Shown here in pieces: positions 24,275 through 34,273 of a stretch of 64,000 nucleotides of DNA; within the stretch, counting starts at the first letter, position 1, and the number at the start of each line of letters is the position of its first letter. The DNA lies in NCBI GenBank assembly GCA_964654725.1, contig CAZZLL010000006.1:4641-68640 (forward strand), written 5' to 3'. This DNA comes from an uncultured Lentimicrobiaceae bacterium. Its GTDB lineage: Bacteria > Bacteroidota > Bacteroidia > Bacteroidales > CAZZLL01. The notes beneath the pieces were generated by a model that was given only the letters and a program-made list of their open reading frames with translations, ran no database searches and was not told where the DNA came from. The position numbers and the translations under genes were made by a program.

Positions 24275-26671
24275 CTAAAATTGTATACGGTATAACATCA
24301 TTGGGAAGAAGCCCTGCTGGTAATCAGTAGTTATGCTATTGGTTGCCGGATCGTAGCTTTGCATAAAAATATTCTGATGATTGCTAATGTTTTTTAATTC
24401 CAGAGCCCACTCCTGATTGATTTTCTTTCCATTAATTCTAAATCCGATTCTCAGGTCCATTTTGAAGTAATCGTCGTATTTCTTTTCATATGATTGCTCA
24501 TATTTATACACGGTTTCTTTCTCGATAAAGGATTTTTCAATATCTATGGGAGTATATCGTTTTCCCCCTGCCCAAACTGTTTTCAGGTCTATTGTCATCA
24601 TGGAATGTTTGCCGATTTTACATTCATATCCTCCCAAAAGATTGGCAACATAATTCCCGTTAAAACTGGTGTTTCTTTGCACACCATCATATGCTGTATA
24701 TTTTGAGTTGAACAAGGATGTTGTCAGAAGGAAATAATAGCCCTTATCGAAGAATTTTTCCAGGGTTACTTCCACACCTGTATTTTCGCCGGTGCCATTA
24801 TTGACAAGGCTGTCGATACGCGGAATGGCAAAGAAATCTCCGGTGTTCAGCATAGAGTATTGTCCACTGCCGTCAACATCATCATAATCGTGTATAGGGG
24901 CATCATAAATGTATTGATAATAGGTTTCCAGTTTTATCCTCCAGTTTTCTGAAAGTATTTGGTCATATCCCAGCACCAGGTGTAAACTTTTGGTGAAGTT
25001 TAGGTCTTCATTGGTTTTAATAAAAGTACCATCATTCAGTTCTGTTTGATATACATAAACCAGGCGGGGCTGCATCTGACTGTGCAGTCCTGCACCGAAA
25101 CCAATGGTTCTTCCATTATCCGGTTTCCATTTTAAACCCAATCGGGGCTCTAATGAAAAGCTGTTATTATAGAATAACTGTTGCGCATATGCTCCGGAAT
25201 TCAGCGTAAGTTTATCTGAGAAATGATGTTGCCATTGGAGATACGCACGTATGAATTCCATGCTTCCTTTTTCTTTAGTATATGCTTTCATGATCTGCAC
25301 GTCGCTGTCCAGAACCGAATCCAGGTAATTGATCTGGTAAATATCAAAAATAATTCCTGTTTCAAGGTAATTCTTTGCACTGAATTTAACGGAATATTTT
25401 GTAGAAGCTGAGTATTTGACTTCCCTGGTATCGGAACGCAAATAAGGAAATGTGCTTTGATCTTCCCTGATTGAATCAATATCAACGTAATTACGTGTAG
25501 CAGAAACACTGAGATGGGTTTTGATCCTGGATTTTTCATTGAGGAAAACCAGGTGAGACAATCCGATGAATCCGATATCTGAACCAAATTTTGTATCGGT
25601 ACCATTCAATCCGTATGAAAATTCTGTACTGTCTTTTTCGCTGTCATTTAAATTAATATAGCTTAATCCACCAATTCCCAGCAGGCTAAATCTTCCCAGT
25701 TTCGTTCCCGGCAAATCCAGTTTAAAGGTCAGGTCCTGGTATTCAGGAATGGAGCTTCCGGTTCCGGGGTCATATCCCAGTTCTTTAAAAACACTAAGGG
25801 TTGAATATCGATAGGAAGCAAGGTATGAGGCATTTCCGTCCTTTGAAAAAGGGCCTTCCATTCCCAGTTCGAATCCATTGAAGCCAATTTGACCTGTATA
25901 TTCCCTTTGTTCATTGTTTCCGGTACGCATTTGCAAGTCGAACACACCTGAAAGGGCATTGCCATATTCTGCAGGAAAAGCTCCGGTGAAAAAATCAGAG
26001 TTATCCAGGAGGTTATTATTTAAAATACTTACCGGACCACCGGTAGTACCTAATGCACCAAAGTGGTTAGGATTTGGTATCTCCATGCCGTCCAGCCTCC
26101 ATAATATACCCATAGGAGAGTTTCCGCGTATGATGATATCGTTGCGGGAGTCATTGGCTGTTAATACCCCGGCATAATTGGCTGCCATGCGTGCAGGGTC
26201 TCCCAGGCTACCGGCATACCTGTTGGTTTCTTCGACCGTGAATGAACGCGCACTAATGGTGGCCATTTCATTCAGGGGCTTTTCCTTATCTATGCCCGCT
26301 TTGATAACCACTTCCTCGGAAGTAAGGACTTTCTCCTCCAATTCAATATTTAAAACAAGCTCCTTACCCGAACGCAGATCTAAATTGTTCAATATCGCCG
26401 GATGATAGCCAATGAAACTGATCTGAAGACTGTAACGTCCCACATCCAGATGCTCTAATCGAAAATTACCGTAAACATCAGTTGTTGTTCCGATAAGAGG
26501 GTCAGAATCCTTGATGATCACGGTTGCACCGATGAGAGGCATCAAGGAGCTTTTATCTGTTACCTTGCCACGAATGGTTTCCTGATAAGCATTTTGTGCG
26601 TCTAAGTTTGCAGTAATGCATGCTGCAGCAAGCAGCAAAAGGATTTTAAATTGTAGAATTAATCGCATCAT
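24275..26671 (-). CDS. TonB-dependent outer-membrane receptor (CarboxypepD_reg + plug + barrel)
   Basis: 798 aa with a signal peptide ending in AQ. Contains IRGKVTDKSSLMPLIGATV, the plug motif NDIIIRGNSP.GILWRLDG, and a C-terminal YRIQF. Confidence 0.88.
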   Translation of the reverse strand: MMRLILQFKILLLLAAACITANLDAQNAYQETIRGKVTDKSSLMPLIGATVIIKDSDPLIGTTTDVYGNFRLEHLDVGRYSLQISFIGYHPAILNNLDLRSGKELVLNIELEEKVLTSEEVVIKAGIDKEKPLNEMATISARSFTVEETNRYAGSLGDPARMAANYAGVLTANDSRNDIIIRGNSPMGILWRLDGMEIPNPNHFGALGTTGGPVSILNNNLLDNSDFFTGAFPAEYGNALSGVFDLQMRTGNNEQREYTGQIGFNGFELGMEGPFSKDGNASYLASYRYSTLSVFKELGYDPGTGSSIPEYQDLTFKLDLPGTKLGRFSLLGIGGLSYINLNDSEKDSTEFSYGLNGTDTKFGSDIGFIGLSHLVFLNEKSRIKTHLSVSATRNYVDIDSIREDQSTFPYLRSDTREVKYSASTKYSVKFSAKNYLETGIIFDIYQINYLDSVLDSDVQIMKAYTKEKGSMEFIRAYLQWQHHFSDKLTLNSGAYAQQLFYNNSFSLEPRLGLKWKPDNGRTIGFGAGLHSQMQPRLVYVYQTELNDGTFIKTNEDLNFTKSLHLVLGYDQILSENWRIKLETYYQYIYDAPIHDYDDVDGSGQYSMLNTGDFFAIPRIDSLVNNGTGENTGVEVTLEKFFDKGYYFLLTTSLFNSKYTAYDGVQRNTSFNGNYVANLLGGYECKIGKHSMMTIDLKTVWAGGKRYTPIDIEKSFIEKETVYKYEQSYEKKYDDYFKMDLRIGFRINGKKINQEWALELKNISNHQNIFMQSYDPATNSITTDYQQGFFPMMLYRIQF

Positions 26672-26887
26672 TTTTTGTTTTTTTTTGCAAATTTGAAAAT
26701 AATGACCAATAATCTCAATGGTAAACAGACAGAATAAACGAAATACCTGATGAGATAACCAAATATACTGACGAAAATAATAAGTTATGAATACCGGAAT
26801 TAGAATACATCCAAAAAAAAGAAGGATTCAGCAGCCTTTCTGCGAGCTTCTTGGTATCAGTATGCTTCATGGCATGCATGCCAAGCT

Positions 26888-27718
26888 TTATTTATTCTTA
26901 ATAATCGCATCCATTTGCTCAATGCTGTATGCTGCAAAGAAACCAAGGGCATCATTGCTGATATTTCCCTGCACATTGGCGGGCGGGCCACTAAACAGGG
27001 GGCTGTTGTAACCGGTTTCCTCCTGCAGTTGAAACAGAAAATCAGCGTACTCTTTTCGTATGGATGCCATCTCAAAAGTTATGGTATCGCCAATGTCTCC
27101 TTCATCTTCTTCAAACCACTGAGAAACAATACCATTTGTGTAGTTGCCATTAAAAAGGATGTCGTCTGTGACTATCACTTCATCAATGGTATCACTTAAT
27201 AGCACCCCATTATTATATACATTAAACATATAATACTCTGTGGTAGGGGGATCCAGGGCATATACCTTAACTGTCCAGATATCACCCCAGTCGCTTCTAA
27301 ATTCAATGTCGATTGAATCCAGCGGTGCAATTGGATTTATTTTGGAGGTTGCGGTATATTTTTCTGTTTTCCCGTCATTGTTAATGTCAATATCCTCAAT
27401 TTGCAGGGTATATGTTTTCCCGATTTCTCCCTTTACCGTGCTGTCAGTTTCGTAAATACCTGGTTGTAATTCTTTTAGCATGAATGTATTGATGCCATCA
27501 GTAATGCTCACGGTGGCACCACCAACTTTTGGTGCCGGTTGGTTTTCAAAGTAACTGCTTGTAGTAGTAAGAATAACCCGATGAGCACTGGCTTCATCCG
27601 TAAGGGTTCCTTCCACCACCAGACGGGTGTATGTGTCTTCCAGTTCTATATCAATCCTTTCCGTACATGAACTGGCTAAGACGAGGGTAAGTCCGATGAT
27701 ATATAGTGATTTGTTCAT
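26888..27718 (-). CDS. DUF4249-family lipoprotein (usual partner of the upstream TBDT)
   Basis: Start taken at MNKSLYIIGLTLVLASSC. IDIELEDTYTRLVVEGTLTDE....VILTTTSSYF...P..V.GA.V.I.DG matches the DUF4249 N-terminal pattern. The gene abuts the TBDT stop at 27731. Confidence 0.72.
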   Translation of the reverse strand: MNKSLYIIGLTLVLASSCTERIDIELEDTYTRLVVEGTLTDEASAHRVILTTTSSYFENQPAPKVGGATVSITDGINTFMLKELQPGIYETDSTVKGEIGKTYTLQIEDIDINNDGKTEKYTATSKINPIAPLDSIDIEFRSDWGDIWTVKVYALDPPTTEYYMFNVYNNGVLLSDTIDEVIVTDDILFNGNYTNGIVSQWFEEDEGDIGDTITFEMASIRKEYADFLFQLQEETGYNSPLFSGPPANVQGNISNDALGFFAAYSIEQMDAIIKNK

Positions 27719-27730
27719 GATCTTTATCAT

Positions 27731-30079
27731 TTAAAAATAAAAGTTATAAGTTAATGAAGGCACTATGCTGAATAAGTATGTCATTTCCGCATAGGTTTTT
27801 GTAGGATCATACTCTTCCTGTTCAAAATTGATCACCCATGCATTTTTTCGGGCATATGCATTGTAAATAGATAGGTTCCATTCTGAATGCCATTTTTTAC
27901 CGGTTTTTTCTTTGCTTTTGTATGTTAGAGAAATATCCAAACGATGATAATCAGGCAAGCGGTAGGCATTTCTGTTGGAATACACCGGACTGATCAGGCC
28001 TCCGTATTCGAACCTTCCGGTAGGAAATGTAACCGGTGAACCGGTGGCGTATACCCAGGTTGCACCCAGAGATAAGCAATTGTTCAGGTTGTAATTTAGC
28101 ACGATGGTAACATCATGCGTTTTATCATAAGGTGATACATAGGTTCTGCCATTATTAATATCCGGGAATGTACGTTCTGAGCGTGACAGCGTATAGGAAA
28201 TCCACCCGTTAATTTTCTCGTCATTCAGACGGGCTAAAAATTCGAGGCCATAGGAGCGGGCTGTGCCAAATCGGAGTTCTCCTTCCAGCTCCCTGTTGAG
28301 CAATAACATTGCATGATCTTTGAAATCAATAGCATTGTCTATCCATTTATAATAAACCTCAAGGGAAGTTTCTATGCGATTATTTATGAAATTCCTGAAG
28401 TAGCCTACTGCCGCCTGATCGGAAACCTGAGGTTTGACATTTGGACTGCTTGGAAACCATACATCCAGGGGTGTTCCTGCTGTAGAGTTTGTGGCAAGGT
28501 GTATGTATTGCCTGGTACGTGAATAGGATGCTTTTACGGAAGATGTTTCGCTTGTCTGATATTTCATGCCAATGCGTGGTTCCAGGCCGGAATATGTATT
28601 AAACAAGTCACCTCTTTTGTAAACGGTTGAATCTATCTTATTGAACAGATCATCATAACTATAGATCGTTCCCAAACCAATGTTATTAAACAATGAATAC
28701 CTTAATCCGTATTTTAAGGTGATCGGCGCACCTATTTTTTGTTCATTACTGACATATATTGCACTTTCCATGGAATTTGACCTGGGAACAACAAACTCAT
28801 TAAAGAAGGTTTCTTCTCCGATTCCCTTTGCGGATCCGGGATCTATCTGGTGATACATGCTGCTGATACCATATCGCATGGTATTGTTTGTGTTAATGTA
28901 AAAGGTGAAATCACTTTTGAACGTAATATCCTGAAGCAGTGATCTCCAGATGAACGAATTTGCTTCTCCTTCAGGTACTCCAAGATAATAGTCATAGTTG
29001 CTGTAAGTAAGGGTGAAATTGGAAAACAATTTTTTATTAAACAGGTGATTCCATCTTAAGCTATAGGTATTGTTTCCCCAGCCCATTTTAAAATCATCGT
29101 TTTTAAAGATATCCTTACCGTAGTAGGTGCTGAAGTATAAGCGGTTGTTATCATCAATGCGGTGATTAATTTTGGCATTCAGGTCGTAAAAATAAAGGGT
29201 GTTGTTGCGAAGTTCTTCATTTGAAGAGAAGGCCAGAAAGATGTCAGCGTACGTCCTTCTGCCGGAAACGATAAACGAAGTTTTGTCTTTATTGATGGGG
29301 CCTTCGAGGGTGAGCCGGCTGGAAATAGTCCCTATTCCGCCTGAACCGGAAAATTTCTTATGGTTACCGTCTTTCATACGTATGTCAAGTAAACTGGATA
29401 ATCGACCGCCATTGGAAGCAGGAATATCTCCTTTGTAGAGTTTGACCTCTTTTATGGCGTCATTATTGAATACCGAGAAGAATCCCATGAGGTGGGAAGC
29501 ATTGTAAACAGCAGCTTCATCCAGCAGGATCAGGTTTTGATCCGGGTTTCCTCCTCTGACAGAAAAACCTGAAGAACCTTCTGATGAAGCCTGCACTCCC
29601 GGAAGCAATTGTATGGCCTTGATTATATCAACTTCACCCATCAGAGCCGGAATTTGTTTGATGGTTTTTATGTCCATCTTTACGGCACTCATCTCTGTTT
29701 TTACAATGTTTTCATTGCTGGCTTTCCCTGTAATTTCAACTGCTTCCAGGGTTTTTTCTGTGGTTTTAAGTTCTACGTCCAGGGTCTGGTTTTTTACCAG
29801 GGTGATATTTTTTTCAACAGGGGCATATCCCATATAAGAAAAGATCAGGGTGTAGGTTCCTTTTTCAAGACTGAGTGAGTAGAATCCATAGAAATTGGTA
29901 ACCGTACCAGATTCCAGCTCTTTTATATATATTGTTGCTCCCAGTAAATCTTCTCCGGTATTTATATCTGTAACATGTCCGCTGATGATAATTTTGTTCC
30001 CTTCCGGATCCTTCTCCTCGTCAGCAACAGCCCATAAAGGGCATAGCATAATGAGTAAAATCAGTATTTCCAGTTTCAT
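27731..30079 (-). CDS. TonB-dependent outer-membrane receptor (CarboxypepD_reg + plug + barrel)
   Basis: 782 aa. Contains ISGHVTDINTGEDLLGATIY and plug motifs LPGVQASSEGSSGFSVRGGNPDQNLILLDEA. It ends in the aromatic sequence YNFYF. Confidence 0.88.
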   Translation of the reverse strand: MKLEILILLIMLCPLWAVADEEKDPEGNKIIISGHVTDINTGEDLLGATIYIKELESGTVTNFYGFYSLSLEKGTYTLIFSYMGYAPVEKNITLVKNQTLDVELKTTEKTLEAVEITGKASNENIVKTEMSAVKMDIKTIKQIPALMGEVDIIKAIQLLPGVQASSEGSSGFSVRGGNPDQNLILLDEAAVYNASHLMGFFSVFNNDAIKEVKLYKGDIPASNGGRLSSLLDIRMKDGNHKKFSGSGGIGTISSRLTLEGPINKDKTSFIVSGRRTYADIFLAFSSNEELRNNTLYFYDLNAKINHRIDDNNRLYFSTYYGKDIFKNDDFKMGWGNNTYSLRWNHLFNKKLFSNFTLTYSNYDYYLGVPEGEANSFIWRSLLQDITFKSDFTFYINTNNTMRYGISSMYHQIDPGSAKGIGEETFFNEFVVPRSNSMESAIYVSNEQKIGAPITLKYGLRYSLFNNIGLGTIYSYDDLFNKIDSTVYKRGDLFNTYSGLEPRIGMKYQTSETSSVKASYSRTRQYIHLATNSTAGTPLDVWFPSSPNVKPQVSDQAAVGYFRNFINNRIETSLEVYYKWIDNAIDFKDHAMLLLNRELEGELRFGTARSYGLEFLARLNDEKINGWISYTLSRSERTFPDINNGRTYVSPYDKTHDVTIVLNYNLNNCLSLGATWVYATGSPVTFPTGRFEYGGLISPVYSNRNAYRLPDYHRLDISLTYKSKEKTGKKWHSEWNLSIYNAYARKNAWVINFEQEEYDPTKTYAEMTYLFSIVPSLTYNFYF

Positions 30080-30097
30080 TTTTTCTTCGTTTAGCGG

Positions 30098-30775
30098 TTA
30101 GTTTTTGTCTTCACACAGTTTTTTGCCAAAACCACCAAAAAGCAATGAAACTGTTGCCTGGGGATAGTTAAAATCAGTAGCCTCGTAGTAATCATATTCG
30201 GTATTATTCAAAATATAGGCTTTGTCAATGCCAAATGTGAAGTTGTACCCTGCTCCCAGGTTCATCTTAAACCACCTGGTAATATTTAGTTCTAATTCTA
30301 TTTGTGGGTTGACAACCGAAATAAAATCACGGCCTTTGCGCAAATCAGGATCTTCATCCAGGTAGTCATCAGTAATAGAAATTTCACCCCAGCCTACTTT
30401 TGTGCTGATTGCCCAATGCATGAGTTTATGGGAATTGTGGATGTATCCCAGCCAAAAACCACCATGCCCGATATTAAGCCTGGGTTTGTCGATAGCTGTT
30501 ACTTCGCTGAGGTCATCCCGGAAATGCTCCGTGGATAATCCCATTCCGTACCCACCAATGTAAAAAGTTTGATTGATGAGGAGGGCGCCGCCCCCTCCTT
30601 TGATTACTGCAAATTTGTCGTATATGGATGTAAATCCAACGATGGGGGCACCAAATCCTGATGCCTGCCATTTAGTGTTTTTCCCAAAAATGTATTGGGG
30701 TTCTTTTTCTTCCTGAGCAGCGGTAATGAGCTGTATACCTGCCAGAATAGCTGCTGTGAGTAAAATCTTTTTCAT
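30098..30775 (-). CDS. Secreted Gly/aromatic-rich protein, possibly a small outer-membrane beta-barrel
   Basis: 225 aa. Signal peptide is MKKILLTAAILAGIQLITAAQ. The pattern of alternating hydrophobic residues and G-rich turns has no function I recognise. Its stop lies 18 nt upstream of the TBDT start. Confidence 0.55.
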   Translation of the reverse strand: MKKILLTAAILAGIQLITAAQEEKEPQYIFGKNTKWQASGFGAPIVGFTSIYDKFAVIKGGGGALLINQTFYIGGYGMGLSTEHFRDDLSEVTAIDKPRLNIGHGGFWLGYIHNSHKLMHWAISTKVGWGEISITDDYLDEDPDLRKGRDFISVVNPQIELELNITRWFKMNLGAGYNFTFGIDKAYILNNTEYDYYEATDFNYPQATVSLLFGGFGKKLCEDKN

Positions 30776-30975
30776 TGGTTTTATTATAATGCGTTAATTA
30801 TTTCCAGATCCCTGACGTTAAGCTTTCTTATTTGTTACATGATGAACAAAAAAATAGAATTATTCCATCAGTGAAAATTATTCCTTTAACGAACAAACAT
30901 TATGCCTTGTCAGTGCAAAGAGATATTATTCTTTTGTTAAACTGAAAGTCAAAAAAAATAAAAGCGCTTACAAGA

Positions 30976-31482
30976 TTAGAGGTATTCTTTCATGTCAACC
31001 AGCCAGGATTTGATCCTTTCTTCGTTTAAGTCAGCCTGAGTTTGGGTGTCTAATACGAGGCCTGCAAAAGTGTTCTTATTAATCAAAGCACGGGAACTTT
31101 CAAAGGTAAAGCCTTTTACTTTTTGCTGACCCACTAAGTTTGCTCCACGTTTTTTGAAAAGGTCTGCAAGAATTCCCACAGCATCGGCAAAATTCTCAGG
31201 ATATTGTTTTTGGTTACCTATGCCGAACACCCCGATTACTTTTCCATTCAAATCCATATCTTCAATGGCCGGAACAAATTCATCCCAGTAATTAGGCAAT
31301 TCCCCGTCAAACCAGGTTGAACTGCCAGCAATAATAACATCATAAGCAAGAAACTTCTCTTCGGTGATATCTTCTATGTTGACTTTCTCAATGTTGTTGT
31401 TTCCGATAATATCATAGATTTGCTCAGCTACTTTGGAAGTAAAGCTGGAATTAAAACTATATACGATAGCTGTTTTCTTCAT
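30976..31482 (-). CDS. Long-chain flavodoxin
   Basis: 168 aa. WFDGELPNYWDEF....DLNGK.IGVFG.GNQ..YPENFADA is the FldA-like core. The N-terminal phosphate loop reads YSFNSSFTS, not the canonical GS.TGNTE. Confidence 0.78.
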   Translation of the reverse strand: MKKTAIVYSFNSSFTSKVAEQIYDIIGNNNIEKVNIEDITEEKFLAYDVIIAGSSTWFDGELPNYWDEFVPAIEDMDLNGKVIGVFGIGNQKQYPENFADAVGILADLFKKRGANLVGQQKVKGFTFESSRALINKNTFAGLVLDTQTQADLNEERIKSWLVDMKEYL

Positions 31483-31494
31483 TATTGTTAATTT

Positions 31495-33543
31495 TTAAAA
31501 CTCGAGAACATCCAGGGCTGCCTGGTATATTTTATGATCATTAGGAAGAATGGCTTTTTCAAGGACGGTATTAAATCCTACGGGTGTATAGGTTGCACCA
31601 ATTCTTTTTACCGGGGCATCCAGATATTTAAAGGCTTCATCAGCAACAATGGCAGCAAGTTCACCGCCAAAACCACTGAAGACCTTATCTTCATGTACGA
31701 TAAGCACACGATTGGTTTTTTTAACTGATTCCAGGATAGCTTCCTTGTCGAGCGGGTTAAGGGATCGAAGATCCACAACTTCAACTGAATGGCCATTTTC
31801 TTTTTCCAGTTTTTCAGCTGCTTTGAGGCACTGGTGTGTAGTATTTCCAAAAGTGATCATGCTAAGGTCACTGCCTTCACGCCTGATTCTGGCTTTGCCA
31901 AAAGGAACTTCGAAGTCATCAGGAATAGGAGTTGCAGCTTCTGTCGCATTGTAAAGTGCTTTTGGCTCCAGGAACATTGTAATTCCTTCAGAACGCATAC
32001 TTGTTCTCAGAAGTCCGGCTGCATCATCAGCAAAAGAAGGATAAATCACCCGAATTCCGGGTAAACTGGTGAGGGTGCTTTCAATGGTTTGCGAATGGTA
32101 CAACCCGCCTCCGATATATCCACCGGAAGCAAGCCGGATGGTAATATTCGGACTAAACTTACCATTGGATCTCCAGTAGTCATGACTTGAGTCGACCAGT
32201 GCTTCCATGGCCGGCCAGAAATAATCTGCAAATTCAGCACCTTCTACAACTATGCGGATCTTCTTATTAAAGCGGCTCATGCCATTTGCCGTACCAACGA
32301 TATAGTCTTCTGCAATAGGCGCATTAAAGACCCTTTTTTTCCCAAACTCCTGTTGCATGCCTTTGCTAACGTTGAAAATGCCTCCTTTATCTTTATTGGC
32401 AATGTCCTGGCCCCAAAGGTAGGTGTCAGGATTTGCCCTGAATTCTGCCTTAAGGGTTTCATTCAGCGCTTCTATCATTTTCTTTTTATTTCCCTCAGAC
32501 TGGTGGAGGCCCTCGGGGTATTTATCTGCAGAATACGGTTCGGGAATTACGAAATTATGTATGCTTGAAGGATCGGGATCAGGTGCTGAAAGTGCAGCCT
32601 TATGAGCTTTTTTTACTTCTTCTTTAACTTCTTTTTCAATGGATTCTAGTTCTTCTTCTTCAAAGCGCTTGTATCGAATTAACAACCTTCTGAATTTTGC
32701 AAATGGGTCGTATTTCTGTACATAATTTCTTTCATTATCATTGCGATAAAGTTCGTGCCTGTCGGAGTTCGAATGTGATCCTATTCTTACGCAGTTTGCC
32801 TGGACTATAACAGGTTCCTGTTTTTTCTGAATGTGTGTTTTTGCCGCTGTCATGGCATTCATGGAATCAAATACATCTTTTCCGTTGCAATGTATGATGC
32901 GGAGGTTTTTGAAACCGCTAAAATTATTGGCAACTTTTCTGTTGGCTGTCTGATCTTCTTTTGGAACAGATATTCCATAACCATTGTCCTGGAACACGAA
33001 TAGTACGGGGAGTTTCTCATTGGAGGCGCCGTTTATAGCTTCGTATACATATCCCTCTGATACAGATGATTCACCCTGGGATGAGATAGCGATACCCTTG
33101 CTACCATAATAACGCAGAGCTCTTCCAAGTCCGGTTGCTTGCTGTACATGATTTCCCGTACATGATGAAACATTCTGAATATGCCATTCCGGTTTGGCAA
33201 AATGATTCGACATATGTCTTCCGCCGCTGGCCACATCTGTAGCTTTAGAGATGCCATTAAGTATTATTTCTTCAGCAGTAAGTCCGGCAGAAATCGCTGT
33301 GAGCATATCCCTGTAATAGGGGAAAAGATAATCATTATCCTTGTCAAAAATTTGCCCGATGGCAAGCTGAATACCGTCATGTCCGGCATAGGGTGCATGA
33401 TAGGACCAACCGATAGCCTGTTTCAGATAATTGGGGGCTCTGTTGTCAAGCATTCTGCCAAGAGCCATCAGATAAAACCATTTCTTCAGGATGTCTTTGT
33501 CGGTCTTCTTTATGTGAAATGTTTTTTCTATATCATTCATCAT
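31495..33543 (-). CDS. Fused alpha/beta E1 component of a thiamine-diphosphate-dependent 2-oxoacid (branched-chain type) dehydrogenase
   Basis: 682 aa. The N-terminal half has E1-alpha TPP-binding blocks (GESSVSEGYVYEAINGAS..KLPVLFVFQDNGYGISVP). The C-terminal half is E1-beta/transketolase-like (FNAPIAEDYIVGTANGMS..., FLEPKALY). Confidence 0.85.
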   Translation of the reverse strand: MMNDIEKTFHIKKTDKDILKKWFYLMALGRMLDNRAPNYLKQAIGWSYHAPYAGHDGIQLAIGQIFDKDNDYLFPYYRDMLTAISAGLTAEEIILNGISKATDVASGGRHMSNHFAKPEWHIQNVSSCTGNHVQQATGLGRALRYYGSKGIAISSQGESSVSEGYVYEAINGASNEKLPVLFVFQDNGYGISVPKEDQTANRKVANNFSGFKNLRIIHCNGKDVFDSMNAMTAAKTHIQKKQEPVIVQANCVRIGSHSNSDRHELYRNDNERNYVQKYDPFAKFRRLLIRYKRFEEEELESIEKEVKEEVKKAHKAALSAPDPDPSSIHNFVIPEPYSADKYPEGLHQSEGNKKKMIEALNETLKAEFRANPDTYLWGQDIANKDKGGIFNVSKGMQQEFGKKRVFNAPIAEDYIVGTANGMSRFNKKIRIVVEGAEFADYFWPAMEALVDSSHDYWRSNGKFSPNITIRLASGGYIGGGLYHSQTIESTLTSLPGIRVIYPSFADDAAGLLRTSMRSEGITMFLEPKALYNATEAATPIPDDFEVPFGKARIRREGSDLSMITFGNTTHQCLKAAEKLEKENGHSVEVVDLRSLNPLDKEAILESVKKTNRVLIVHEDKVFSGFGGELAAIVADEAFKYLDAPVKRIGATYTPVGFNTVLEKAILPNDHKIYQAALDVLEF

Positions 33544-33688
33544 CAGTATGTTATTAGTATAAAGCTCTCTGTTAATAATACAACAAACAATGCTCCCAAG
33601 TGTTCAGCATGCTTCACAGGAAGAATTGCTCATTATTAATATACACTTGTTGACAAATATATGAAATATTAATATCAGGAATTACTTA

Positions 33689-34270
33689 TCAATCCCTGAT
33701 AACATTGAATTCATGAGAATTATTGAATTTAATAATGGTGGAGGGTTTGATGGTGTTTAGTTCATTCTGGAACAGCCCAACCGTGTAATCAACTTTCTTT
33801 AATATTTCTTGCGAAATTTGCGAAAAGGTAGTGGCGTTTTCATCTCCGCTGATATTGGCAGAAGTACTAACTATAGGCTTATTGAAGGAGGCAAGCAGGG
33901 GTTGGCAAAAATCATGTTTAATGATCCGTATTGCAATACTGCCGTCTGAAGCTAAAACATTTTTAGCCAGGTTTTTGGCTTCGGGATAAATAATAGTAAG
34001 GGGTTTGTCGATACTGGAAATCAGATCCCAGGCAAATTCCGGAACTTCCTTAACGTATAAAGTGAGTTTTTGCAAATCATCCAGTAAAATGATAAAACTT
34101 TTATCTGCCCTTCTTTTTTTTAATCTCAGAATTTTCTGCACAGCCCTGGCATTGGTAGCATCACATCCAATACCCCAGATGGTATCGGTGGGGTAGAGAA
34201 TAGTTCCCCCCGCATTCAATGCCCTGACGCATTGATTTACTTCTGCTTGTATTTTTATTTGTGAATGCAT
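33689..34270 (-). CDS. tsaC: L-threonylcarbamoyladenylate synthase (YrdC/Sua5 family)
   Basis: 193 aa. Contains GGTILYPTDTIWGIGCDATN..AV.KI...K.R...KSFIIL and VSTSANISG. Confidence 0.85.
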   Translation of the reverse strand: MHSQIKIQAEVNQCVRALNAGGTILYPTDTIWGIGCDATNARAVQKILRLKKRRADKSFIILLDDLQKLTLYVKEVPEFAWDLISSIDKPLTIIYPEAKNLAKNVLASDGSIAIRIIKHDFCQPLLASFNKPIVSTSANISGDENATTFSQISQEILKKVDYTVGLFQNELNTIKPSTIIKFNNSHEFNVIRD

Positions 34271-34273
34271 GCG

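Noticed and set aside
19365-30775. TBDT cluster as a classical polysaccharide utilisation locus
   Set aside because: There is no SusD-like (TPR/RagB) lipoprotein, glycoside hydrolase, hybrid two-component system or ECF/anti-sigma pair. The partner lipoproteins are of other types (DUF4249 and an unknown beta-helix-like protein).
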